Source: an uncultured Actinomycetota bacterium
GTDB taxonomy: Bacteria; Actinomycetota; Actinomycetes; Propionibacteriales; Nocardioidaceae
Direction: 5' to 3'
NCBI GenBank assembly: GCA_963781515.1
Contig: CAWAGL010000008.1
Span: forward strand, 179,488-243,487
Length of the DNA stretch: 64,000 nucleotides
A model generated the notes under the pieces. It was not told the DNA's origin. It did no database searches and saw only the letters and a list, made by a program, of their open reading frames with translations. Below are positions 56,235 to 64,000 of this stretch, piece after piece. The position numbers were made by a program, and so were the translations under genes. How positions within the stretch are numbered: position 1 is the first letter of the stretch; each line of letters begins with the position of its first letter.

Positions 56235-56355
56235 GCCACCAGCGTGGCAGTACGCCGGTGGGCGGGGTCCGCCGACCCGCCGAACCCCGGCAAACGCCGC
56301 AGCGTCCGGCGAGGCGTGGGTAGCGTCGAGTGCTTTCCGGACGACGAGGAGACGC

Positions 56356-57090
56356 ATGCCCTCCCGCACGCTCATCACCCTGGCCCTCTCGCTCGGCCTG
56401 GCCGCCGGGCTCGGCCTCACCTCGCCCGCCCCGGCGCTGGCCGACCACACCGTCCTGCCGCCGGGCCGCGACGTACGCACCTACACGGTCAGGTCCGGCG
56501 ACACCGCCACCGGTCTGGCCACCCGCTTCCACGCCTGGACCGCCGAGCTGATCGAGCTCAACCACCTCGGCCGCGACGCCCGGCTCCGGGTCGGGCAGCA
56601 GATCGCGATCCCGGTGGTGCGCAGCGCGACCGGCAGGACGTCGGACCGCACGAAGGACAGACGGCGCGCCCGCGCGAACCCGTCGAGGGCCAAGGTGCGC
56701 TCGGTGATCGTGCGCATCTCACGCCGGAACGGTGTCGACCCGCAGCTGAGCCTGGCCGTCTCCTGGCAGGAGGCGGGCTGGCAGATGGACCGTACGTCGA
56801 GTGCCGGCGCGATCGGCGCGATGCAGGTGCTGCGGGGCACCGCCGCCTGGATGGAGATGTACGCCGACCGGCCGTTGCGTCCGCGCCGGCTGCGCGACAA
56901 CGTGGAGGCCGGGGTGCTGCTGCTCAAGGTGCTCCGGCGGCTCACCGACACCCGGCGACACCAGGTCGCGGCGTACTACCAGGGCCTCGGGGCGGTCCGC
57001 CGGCACGGCCTGTACGACGACACCAGGGCCTACGTCGCCAACGTGCTGGCCATCAAGCGCCGCCTCGAGCGCGGCCAACCGCCGGCCTGA
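56356..57090 (+). CDS. secreted LysM-domain lytic transglycosylase (SLT domain)
   Basis: ORF trimmed to the ATG at 56356. Signal peptide ...SPAPALA; LysM text YTVRSGDTATGLATRF...LNHL; SLT text AVSWQEAGW...AIGAMQV...AAYYQG. Confidence 0.82.
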   Translation: MPSRTLITLALSLGLAAGLGLTSPAPALADHTVLPPGRDVRTYTVRSGDTATGLATRFHAWTAELIELNHLGRDARLRVGQQIAIPVVRSATGRTSDRTKDRRRARANPSRAKVRSVIVRISRRNGVDPQLSLAVSWQEAGWQMDRTSSAGAIGAMQVLRGTAAWMEMYADRPLRPRRLRDNVEAGVLLLKVLRRLTDTRRHQVAAYYQGLGAVRRHGLYDDTRAYVANVLAIKRRLERGQPPA

Positions 57091-57198
57091 GCGGCGATGA
57101 ACGCCACGCCGCAGGCAGACGCGTCGGACCATGAGCGGCCCGGATCCGTACGATTGAGCTCCCGGATCCTTCCCCATCCGGCAGACGGAGGTCCAGCC

Positions 57199-59223
57199 GT
57201 GGAGCCAGACGAGCGCGCGCGCAGCGTCCGCGCCTCATCAGGCGACCCCTTGGTGGGTCGTCTGCTGGACCGCCGGTATCGCATCGGGCCGCGCATCGCC
57301 CGCGGCGGCATGGCCAGTGTCTACGAGGCCACCGACATCCGGCTCGAGCGGGTCGTGGCCGTCAAGGTCATGCACCCCGGGCTGGGTGACGACGAGGAGT
57401 TCGCCGCCCGCTTCGTGCGTGAGGCGCGCGCGGCCGCCAAGCTCTCGCACCCGAACGTCGTCGGCGTCTTCGACCAGGGCGAGGAGGACGGCGTCGTCTT
57501 CCTGGCGATGGAGCTCGTCCCCGGTCACACCCTGCGCGACGTGATCCGCAAGGAGTCGCCGATGTCGCCGTCGCGGGCGCTCGCGCTGATGGAGCCCGTC
57601 CTCTCGGCCCTCGCAGCCGCCCACCGGGCCGGGCTCATCCACCGCGACATCAAGCCCGAGAACGTGCTCATCGCCGACGACGGGCGGGTCAAGGTGGCCG
57701 ACTTCGGGCTGGCCAAGGCGGTCAGCACCGACACCCAGCACACCGCCACCGGCGGCGTGCTCATCGGCACCGTGTCCTACCTCGCGCCCGAGCTGGTCGT
57801 CGACGGCCGCTCCGACGCCCGCGCCGACGTCTACGCCGCCGGTGTGGTCATGTACGAGCTGCTCACCGGCCACAAGCCGCACGAGGGCGAGTCGCCGATC
57901 CAGGTGGCCTACAAGCACGTGCACGAGGACGTCCCGCCGCCGTCGGCGCTGGTCCCCGGCCTCCCGGCGTACGTCGATGCGCTGGTCGCGCGGGCCACGG
58001 CCCGTGATCGCGGCCAGCGGCCCGCCGACGCCGCCGTGCTCCTGCACCAGCTGCACCGGGTCAGCCAGGCGCTCGGCGCCGGCGTGCCCGAGGACCCCGA
58101 GCTGGTCGTCGACCTGATGCCGGTGCGCACCGAGCCGGTCGACCTGCCCGACCTCGACGACGGGCCCCACTGGCTCGACACCAGCGACCTCGCGGAGGTG
58201 CGCCACGAGCCCGTCGAGCACCGCACCACGGCCGTCCCGGTGCTGCCGGCGGCGATGGTGCCCGCTCCGCGCCGTGGCATCGACCGGCTGCCCGTGCCGC
58301 ACGCCGACTCCCGGCCGCCGACCGGGCCGCCCCGGCGCTCGCGGCGCGGCCCGGCCACGGTCGTCCTGGCCGTGCTGCTGGTCGCCGCCCTGGCCGGCGG
58401 TGCCTGGTGGTTCGGGTCGGCCCGCTACACCACCACCCCCGGCGTGCTCGGTGTCGAGCAGGCGGCCGCCGAGGCCGAGCTGGGCAAGGCCGGCCTCGAG
58501 CCGGCACTCGGCGACCCGGCGTACTCCGAGAGCGTCGCGGCCGGTCTCGTGCTCGCCACCGATCCCGAGCCCGGTGACCGCGTGCTCGACGGTGGCACCG
58601 TCACGCTGGTGCTGTCGGCCGGACCCGAGCGCTACGAGGTCCCGGAGGTGACGGGCCAGACCCTCGACCAGGCGCAGGATGCGCTGCTCGGGACCAACCT
58701 GGCCTTCGGCAAGGCGATCGAGAAGTTCAGCGAGACCGTGCCCGAGGGTGTCGTGATCGTCAGCGACCCGGTCGCGGGCACCTCGCTCAAGCCCGACGCG
58801 GCGGTCAACCTCGTCGTCAGCCGGGGCCGCAAGCCGCTGAACATCAAGGACTTCACCGGCAAGAGCGCCGACCGCGCCGAGCAGGTGATGGAGAAGCGCG
58901 GCCTGGTCGTCGACCGCGACCGGGAGGAGTACAGCGACACCGTGCCCGCCGGGCTCGTCGTCAGCCAGAGCCCCACGAGCGGCACGCTCTTCCGGGGCGA
59001 GACCGTCACCGTCGTCGTGTCGAAGGGGCCGGAGCTGGTCGAGGTCCCGCGGGTGGTGGCGATGGGCGTCGAGGCGGCCACCGACCGGCTCGAGGCGCTC
59101 GGCTTCGAGGTCGACGTCGAGAACTCCGACAACTACATCGGCATCGGCTTCGTCTTCAGCTCCGACCCCGACGCCGGCGAGCGGGTGCCCAAGGGCTCCA
59201 CGATCACCCTGTACCTCATCTGA
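57199..59223 (+). CDS. transmembrane Ser/Thr protein kinase with four PASTA domains (PknB/PknL-like)
   Basis: Kinase motifs VAVKVM, HRDIKPENVL, DFGLA and SYLAPE. One TM helix (VVLAVLLVAALAGGAWWF) and four PASTA-like repeats. GTG at 57199 lies 7 nt after GGAGG; the ORF-track ATG at 57097 is an alternative. Confidence 0.9.
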   Translation: MEPDERARSVRASSGDPLVGRLLDRRYRIGPRIARGGMASVYEATDIRLERVVAVKVMHPGLGDDEEFAARFVREARAAAKLSHPNVVGVFDQGEEDGVVFLAMELVPGHTLRDVIRKESPMSPSRALALMEPVLSALAAAHRAGLIHRDIKPENVLIADDGRVKVADFGLAKAVSTDTQHTATGGVLIGTVSYLAPELVVDGRSDARADVYAAGVVMYELLTGHKPHEGESPIQVAYKHVHEDVPPPSALVPGLPAYVDALVARATARDRGQRPADAAVLLHQLHRVSQALGAGVPEDPELVVDLMPVRTEPVDLPDLDDGPHWLDTSDLAEVRHEPVEHRTTAVPVLPAAMVPAPRRGIDRLPVPHADSRPPTGPPRRSRRGPATVVLAVLLVAALAGGAWWFGSARYTTTPGVLGVEQAAAEAELGKAGLEPALGDPAYSESVAAGLVLATDPEPGDRVLDGGTVTLVLSAGPERYEVPEVTGQTLDQAQDALLGTNLAFGKAIEKFSETVPEGVVIVSDPVAGTSLKPDAAVNLVVSRGRKPLNIKDFTGKSADRAEQVMEKRGLVVDRDREEYSDTVPAGLVVSQSPTSGTLFRGETVTVVVSKGPELVEVPRVVAMGVEAATDRLEALGFEVDVENSDNYIGIGFVFSSDPDAGERVPKGSTITLYLI

Positions 59224-59276
59224 GGACGCGGTCCAGCGTTTCGTCGGGACGCGTCCCCGTACGTAGGGTTCCCGGC

Positions 59277-60191
59277 ATGAGCAGCACGCCCGCCGGGCAC
59301 GACGGGTCACGCCGGACGACGGTGCTGGCGATGCTGGCGCTCCTGGCGACCACCGCCTGCTGGGGCTCGACGTTCTTCTTGATCAAGGACCTGCTCGACC
59401 GGGTGCCGACGCTCGACTTCCTGGCCGTCCGGTTCGCGATCGCCTCGGTGGTGCTGCTGGTCATCTTCCCGAAGGCGCTGGGCCGGTTGTCCGCGGAGTC
59501 GCGGAGGCACGCGCTGGTGCTCGGCGGGTTGTACGGCGTCGCCCAGATCCTCCAGACCGCCGGGCTCGCGCACACCGCCGCCAGTGTCAGCGGCTTCATC
59601 ACCGGCATGTACGTCGTGTTCACACCCCTGCTGGCCGCCGTACTGCTGCGCAGCAGGATCACCCCGATGACCTGGTTGGCCGTGGCGCTGGCCACCGCAG
59701 GTCTCGGGGTGCTGACGCTGCAGGGCTTCTCGGTGGGGTACGGCGAGGCGATCACGCTGCTGGCCGCCCTGCTGTACGCGCTGCACATCGTGGGTCTGGG
59801 GGCGTGGTCGCGGCCGGGCGAGGCGGTCGGCATGTCGATCGTGCAGATCATGGTGATCACGGTGGTCTGCTTCATCGCCACCGTCCCCGACGGCATCGTC
59901 CTGCCCAGCACCGGCCGCGACTGGCTGTCGGTGATCTACATGGCGGTGTTCGCCGGCGCGCTGGCCCTGGTGGCCCAGACGTGGGCGCAGGCGCACCTGC
60001 CGCCGACCAGGACCGCCATCATCATGAGCATGGAGCCGGTCTTCGCCGCGTTCTTCGCTGTGCTCCTCGGCAGCGAGTCGCTCACCGGACGGCTGCTGAT
60101 CGGCGGGATGATGGTGTTCGGCGCGATGCTGGTCATCGAGCTCGTGCCGAGGCGCAGGATCGAGGGCGAGGTCGCCCACATCGCGGTGTGA
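59277..60191 (+). CDS. DMT-superfamily (EamA) transporter
   Basis: 304 aa with about 10 TM helices in two EamA-like halves. Confidence 0.82.
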   Translation: MSSTPAGHDGSRRTTVLAMLALLATTACWGSTFFLIKDLLDRVPTLDFLAVRFAIASVVLLVIFPKALGRLSAESRRHALVLGGLYGVAQILQTAGLAHTAASVSGFITGMYVVFTPLLAAVLLRSRITPMTWLAVALATAGLGVLTLQGFSVGYGEAITLLAALLYALHIVGLGAWSRPGEAVGMSIVQIMVITVVCFIATVPDGIVLPSTGRDWLSVIYMAVFAGALALVAQTWAQAHLPPTRTAIIMSMEPVFAAFFAVLLGSESLTGRLLIGGMMVFGAMLVIELVPRRRIEGEVAHIAV

Positions 60192-60278
60192 ACGCCATCG
60201 AGCCGTCGGACGGGTTGGGCAAACGCGGCGCCGCCTGCCTAGTGTGTCGAGCGTCCTGAACGCCTGGAGGAACTGCCG

Positions 60279-61157
60279 ATGACGACCTGCGCCACCTGTG
60301 GCAGCGAGCTGGGTGTCGGCCGCTTCTGCGCGAACTGCGGAGCGGCGGTGCCCGACAACTCCGCCGAGACGACCGCGCACGACTGGCGTGCCGACACGAT
60401 GGTGAGCCCCAGCCAGGCCGGCTCGGCGTCCTGGCCGCCGCCGGCCCCGGCCCCGGGTCCTGGGCCCGGCCCGGGTCGGACGCCTCGCGAGGTCCCGCGC
60501 TGGCTGCCGTGGCTGCTCGGCTGGCTGTTGCTCGCCGTCATCGCGGCGATGATCGGCTGGACCTACGGCAGCCACGGACCCACGGACGGACCCACCGACG
60601 GCCCGAACGACAGGGCAGCCGGCTCGACCGGCAGCACCGGTGCCGGATCACCGGAGTCACCCGCGCCCGCCGAGCTCCCCGCCGACGCCGCCGACATCAC
60701 CGCGGCGGCCACCGCCACCGCCCCGGACACGGCACCGCCCAACCAGGACATCAACGGCAACGCGGTGAGCTACGTGGCTGCACACATGCTCGACGGCGAC
60801 CCGGCCACCGCGTGGCGGATGTCGGGCGACGGCACCGGCGTCGTACTCACGTTCACCCTGCCCGAGGCGACCCGGCTGGTGTCGGTGGGCCTGATCAACG
60901 GCTACGCCAAGATCGACGGCCCGGTGAACTGGTACCCCCGCAACCGCCGCATCGACTCGGTCACCTGGGGATTCGACGACGGCAGCACGCTGCGCCAGGA
61001 CCTCCTCGACAACCCGGCCATGCAGACGATCGGCCTCGAGGGCGTGGTCACGTCGTCGGTGACGCTCACCCTGACCGCCGTCTCCGCGCCCGGGAGCGAC
61101 CAGGGGCGCGACTTCACCCCGGTCAGCGACGTCCGACTCATCGGCTCGGCTGCCTGA
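60279..61157 (+). CDS. zinc-ribbon membrane protein with an extracytoplasmic discoidin/F5-8-type-C-like glycan-binding domain
   Basis: N-terminal CATCGSELGVGRFCANCG, a P-rich linker and a TM helix (WLPWLLGWLLLAVIAAMIGW). C-terminal domain text AHMLDGDPATAWRMSG...VGLINGY. Confidence 0.7.
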   Translation: MTTCATCGSELGVGRFCANCGAAVPDNSAETTAHDWRADTMVSPSQAGSASWPPPAPAPGPGPGPGRTPREVPRWLPWLLGWLLLAVIAAMIGWTYGSHGPTDGPTDGPNDRAAGSTGSTGAGSPESPAPAELPADAADITAAATATAPDTAPPNQDINGNAVSYVAAHMLDGDPATAWRMSGDGTGVVLTFTLPEATRLVSVGLINGYAKIDGPVNWYPRNRRIDSVTWGFDDGSTLRQDLLDNPAMQTIGLEGVVTSSVTLTLTAVSAPGSDQGRDFTPVSDVRLIGSAA

Positions 61158-61159
61158 TC

Positions 61160-61225
61160 CCCCGTCGAGTCGCGCCCGTGTCCCCGTCGAGTCGCGCCCG
61201 TGTCCCCGTCGAGTCGCGCCCGTGT
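61160..61225. repeat. 22-bp tandem repeat x3 (ccccgtcgagtcgcgcccgtgt), array 1
   Basis: Three identical units read directly, starting 3 nt after the stop of the 60279..61157 gene. Confidence 0.9.
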
Positions 61226-61244
61226 CCAGTACGCGGGAGCGCCA

Positions 61245-61327
61245 GGCGCAACTCGCCGAGGACGGAGGCGCAACTCGCCGAGGACGGAGGCGCGACTCGC
61301 CGGGACGGAGGCGCGACTCAACGAGGG
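61245..61327. repeat. 22-bp tandem repeat, about 3.8 copies (ggcgc[a/g]actcgccgaggacgga), array 2, inverted relative to array 1
   Basis: The core GGCGCRACTC is the reverse complement of GAGTYGCGCC in array 1. The last partial unit overlaps the ltaE stop codon. Confidence 0.9.
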
Positions 61328-62319
61328 GTGAGGCGGGCCAGGATCGCGGCGGCACGTTCGGCATCGGCCCGGGTGACATCGAGGTGCGTCACGATGCGTA
61401 CGGCGCGCGGTCCGACCGCGGAGACCCGGACTCCCTCGTCGGCGGCAGCGGCCACGAAGGCCGCCGCGTCGTCGCGGGCGACCACCACGATGTTGGTGTC
61501 GACCCCGTTCGGGTCCACGCCACAGGCCTCGGCCAGCAGCCGGGCGTGCTCGTGGTCGTCGGCCAGCCGGTCGATGTGGTGGTCGAGGGCGTACAGCCCG
61601 GCGGCGGCGAGGATGCCGGTCTGCCGCATGCCACCGCCCATCCGCTTGCGCCAGATGCGTGACTCGGCGATCGCCTCGCGACTCCCGACCACCAGCGAGC
61701 CCACGGGAGCCCCGAGTCCCTTCGACAGGCAGACGGTCAGCACCTTGGCGCACGCGCCGTACTCCTGGAACGGGGTGCCCGTGGCGACGTGGGCGTTCCA
61801 GATCCGGGCGCCGTCGATGTGCAGCCAGGCGTCGTGCCGGTCGACGAGCCGGACGAGCGGCGCGATGTCGGCGGGTCGCAGCACCGTGCCGCCGGCGAAG
61901 TTGTGGGTGTTCTCGATCGAGACCATCTTGGTCTGCACGAAGAAGGGCCCCATGTCGGGAGCCCACATCGCCTCGATGGCGTCCACGTCGATGCCGCCGC
62001 GAGGATGGGTCCAGGTGCGCATCGTGACGCCGCTGTAGGCGCCGTGCGCGCCCAGCTCGGCGCGGGCGATGTGCGCCGACGACTCGCACAGCACCTCGGT
62101 GCCCGGGCCCACGCCCAGCCGCACCGCGAGCACGTTGGCCATCGACCCGGTGGGCGTGAACAGGGCGGCCTCGTGGCCGAACATGCCCGCCACGCGCTCC
62201 TCGAGCTCGCGCGCGGTGGGGTCCTCGCCGTACACGTCGTCCCCGACCGGTGCAGCCGCCATCGCGGCGCGCATCGCATCGGTGGGTCGGGTGAGCGTGT
62301 CGGAGCGGAGGTCGATCAC
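61318..62319 (-). CDS. ltaE: low-specificity L-threonine aldolase
   Basis: IDLRSDTLTRPT, VGDDVYGEDPT and the PLP-lysine context LSKGLGAPVGS. GTG start 9 nt after GGAGGTAGG. Confidence 0.9.
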   Translation of the reverse strand: MIDLRSDTLTRPTDAMRAAMAAAPVGDDVYGEDPTARELEERVAGMFGHEAALFTPTGSMANVLAVRLGVGPGTEVLCESSAHIARAELGAHGAYSGVTMRTWTHPRGGIDVDAIEAMWAPDMGPFFVQTKMVSIENTHNFAGGTVLRPADIAPLVRLVDRHDAWLHIDGARIWNAHVATGTPFQEYGACAKVLTVCLSKGLGAPVGSLVVGSREAIAESRIWRKRMGGGMRQTGILAAAGLYALDHHIDRLADDHEHARLLAEACGVDPNGVDTNIVVVARDDAAAFVAAAADEGVRVSAVGPRAVRIVTHLDVTRADAERAAAILARLTPR

Positions 62320-62386
62320 GCAGCGAAACCTACCTCCGCGGCCGCGGCCCCACCCACGCAGCCCGCTCGCAGGCTCGCGGTCAGCT

Positions 62387-62420
62387 GGCCTCAGGCCTCA
62401 GGCCTCAGGCCTCAGGCCTT
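62387..62420. repeat. 7-bp tandem repeat, about 4.7 copies (ggcctca), spanning the aroG stop codon
   Basis: Read directly. On the sense strand this is (TGAGGCC)n, placing TGA in all three frames. The AGGCCT units are self-complementary. Confidence 0.85.
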
Positions 62421-63797
62421 CCGCAGCATCTCGGCCACGAGGAACGAGAGCTCGAGCGACTGGACCCGGTTGAGCCGCGGGTCGCACGCCGACTCGTACC
62501 GATCGGACAGGCCCGCCTCGTCCAGCTCCTCGCCACCGCCGACGCACTCGGTGACGTCGTCACCGGTGAGCTCGACGTGCACGCCGCCGGGCCAGGTGCC
62601 GACCGCGCGGTGCACGTCGAAGAAGCCCTGCACCTCTTCGATGACGTCGTCGAAGCGGCGGGTCTTGTAGCCCGACGAAGCCTCGAACGTGTTGCCGTGC
62701 ATCGGGTCGCAGACCCACGCGACGTTGAGCCCGGCCGCGCTGACCTTCTCGACAAGTGTCGGCAGCCCGTCGCGGATCCGGCCGGCCCCGAAGCGGGTGA
62801 TGAACGTCAGCCGGCCGGCCTCGTTGTCGGGGTTGAGCTTGCCGGCGAGCGCGATGGCGTCGTCGGGCGACGTGGTGGGGCCGAGCTTCACGCCGATCGG
62901 GTTCTTGATGTGGCTCAGCAGCTCGACGTGCGCTCCGTCGAGCTGGCGGGTGCGCTCGCCGATCCAGAGGAAGTGCGCGGAGACGTCGTACGGCGTCTGG
63001 GTGCGGCTGTCGATGCGGGTCATGGAGTGCTCGTACTCCAGCACCAGCGCCTCGTGGCTGGAGTGGAAGTCGACCCGGTGGAACTCGTCGGGGTCGGCCC
63101 CGATGGCCTGCATGAACGTCAGGGCCCGGTCGATCTCGGCGGCGACCCTCTCGTAGCGCTGACCAGCCATCGAGTCCCGGACGAAGTCGGTGTTCCAGGT
63201 GTGCACCTGGCGCAGGTCGGCGTAGCCGCCGGTGACGAACGCGCGCACCAGGTTGAGGGTGGCGGCCGAGGAGTTGTAGACGTCGACGAGCCGCTGCGGG
63301 TCGGGGATGCGCGACTCGGGGGTGAAGTCGAAGCCGTTGACGGCGTCGCCACGGTAGGCCGGCAGGGTGAGGCCGTCGCGGGTCTCGTCGTTGGACGAGC
63401 GCGGCTTGGCGTACTGACCCGCGAGCCGGCCCAGCTTGACCACCGGCACGGACGCGGCGTACGTCAGCACGACCGCCATCTGCAGCAGCACCCGCAGCTT
63501 GTTGCGCACGTTGTCGGCGGTGACACCGTCGAACGTCTCGGCGCAGTCGCCGCCCTGGAGCAGGAACGACTCGCCCCGCGACACCGCCGCGATCTTCGCC
63601 TTCAGCTCGTCACACTCACCGGCGAACACCAGTGGCGGCACCCTGCGCAGGCGGGCGACGGCCGCGTCGACGGCGTCGCGATCGGGGTAGGACGGCTGCT
63701 GCTTCGCGCCCATGGCGTGCAGGTGCTCGAGGGAGGGGACGGTGCTCACGACATCCAGCGTACGGCGACCGGCCGGGGCCGACCGATTCGTGGCCAC
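62412..63797 (-). CDS. aroG: class II 3-deoxy-7-phosphoheptulonate (DAHP) synthase
   Basis: FLLQGGDCAETF, YAKPRSS, RGDAVNG and CDPMHGN blocks are typical of the class II (AroA-II) enzyme. The start is uncertain: GTG at 63797, GTG at 63749 (VSTVPSLEHL...), or ATG at 63713. Confidence 0.9.
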   Translation of the reverse strand: MATNRSAPAGRRTLDVVSTVPSLEHLHAMGAKQQPSYPDRDAVDAAVARLRRVPPLVFAGECDELKAKIAAVSRGESFLLQGGDCAETFDGVTADNVRNKLRVLLQMAVVLTYAASVPVVKLGRLAGQYAKPRSSNDETRDGLTLPAYRGDAVNGFDFTPESRIPDPQRLVDVYNSSAATLNLVRAFVTGGYADLRQVHTWNTDFVRDSMAGQRYERVAAEIDRALTFMQAIGADPDEFHRVDFHSSHEALVLEYEHSMTRIDSRTQTPYDVSAHFLWIGERTRQLDGAHVELLSHIKNPIGVKLGPTTSPDDAIALAGKLNPDNEAGRLTFITRFGAGRIRDGLPTLVEKVSAAGLNVAWVCDPMHGNTFEASSGYKTRRFDDVIEEVQGFFDVHRAVGTWPGGVHVELTGDDVTECVGGGEELDEAGLSDRYESACDPRLNRVQSLELSFLVAEMLRKA

Positions 63798-63821
63798 TGG
63801 GCGAGCGGGCGAGCCGACTGC

Positions 63822-64000
63822 TCAGCGGTCGTCGGCGTCCTCCAGGTGCTCGATGTCGCGGAAGCCGGTCTTCTTGGCCCGGATGCCGCGGTTGGTGAGC
63901 CAGGTGAGCGCCCAGAGCACGATGCCGACCGCCAGCAGTCCACCGGCGATCTCGTACTGCTGCTGCTGGTCGTCACTGCGTGCCCACGGCCCGGCCAGGA
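63822..64000 (-). CDS. 3' end of a membrane protein gene running off the right edge (hypothetical)
   Basis: Hand translation of the reverse strand: ...WARSDDQQQQYEIAGGLLAVGIVLWALTWLTNRGIRAKKTGFRDIEHLEDADDR*, with stop at 63824..63822. High GC3 and one TM helix. It is too short to appear in the ORF track. Confidence 0.35.
   Translation of the reverse strand, partial: LAGPWARSDDQQQQYEIAGGLLAVGIVLWALTWLTNRGIRAKKTGFRDIEHLEDADDR

Noticed and set aside
61160-61327. The possibility that the 22-bp repeat arrays are a CRISPR array.
   Set aside because: The units are contiguous, so there are no unique spacers. The arrays are short and in inverted blocks, and no cas genes are in the window.
61222-61662. 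The 146-aa ORF beginning in the repeat arrays (…AQLAEDGGATRRGRRRDS…) and the ORFs 63746..63976 and 63632..63898 near the right end.
   Set aside because: The first merely translates the tandem repeats and then runs antisense to ltaE. The others overlap the aroG start region or the terminal partial gene in off-frames and have low-complexity products.
1-64000. Mobile elements, prophage, rRNA/tRNA genes and additional LexA boxes.
   Set aside because: I saw no transposase, integrase or phage-like ORFs, no tRNA-like cloverleaf regions in the few intergenic gaps, and no rRNA-like sequence. Other TCGAAC hexamers (e.g. near 11648, 14652, 17613, 20263, 29745, 37683, 51494, 62682) lack the GTTCGA partner 4 nt away. 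A proper tRNAscan/Infernal run is still advisable.

Overview
High-GC actinobacterial core-chromosome window. By gene order it looks Nocardioides/Propionibacteriales-like, but I cannot verify the taxon from here. Almost everything is on the minus strand and tightly packed, with many ATGA/GTGA stop-start overlaps. Reading left to right on the plus-strand coordinates: a his operon tail (hisD-hisC-hisB, plus the start of hisH); LON-N and YbaK genes; dnaE1; a P-loop kinase next to a GNAT-chorismate-mutase fusion; rluD-lspA; a lysine-rich DksA/TraR protein; and the complete division/cell-wall (dcw) cluster (mraZ-rsmH-ftsL-ftsI-murE-murF-mraY-murD-ftsW-murG-murC-ftsQ-ftsZ-pgeF-yggS-sepF-yggT-divIVA). 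A MoxR-DUF58-transglutaminase operon is divergent from mraZ. Next comes a DNA-damage block: dnaE2-methyltransferase-dinB behind a perfect LexA box, a secreted endonuclease I, and a DUF6504-HEPN pair behind a second perfect LexA box plus a RecA-NDp/PafBC-type promoter. The right end carries YbaK-like, ArsC/Spx-like, an ECF sigma with a membrane partner, a CrtI-like oxidoreductase, SIMPL, metF, idsA, an RNase/barstar pair, npdG with an Rv2175c-like regulator, a LysM-SLT hydrolase, a PASTA Ser/Thr kinase, a DMT transporter, a zinc-ribbon/discoidin protein, ltaE and class II aroG. I recognised no rRNA, tRNA, CRISPR array, transposase or integrase. The most interesting items are: the dual-controlled DUF6504-HEPN module; a 59-nt palindromic element present twice; four 10-bp-phased GTGGAG boxes overlapping a strong mraZ promoter; an unusually long mraZ-rsmH spacer with a small ORF; and two opposed arrays of 22-bp iteron-like repeats. 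All family assignments come from reading motifs by eye, and no database search was run.
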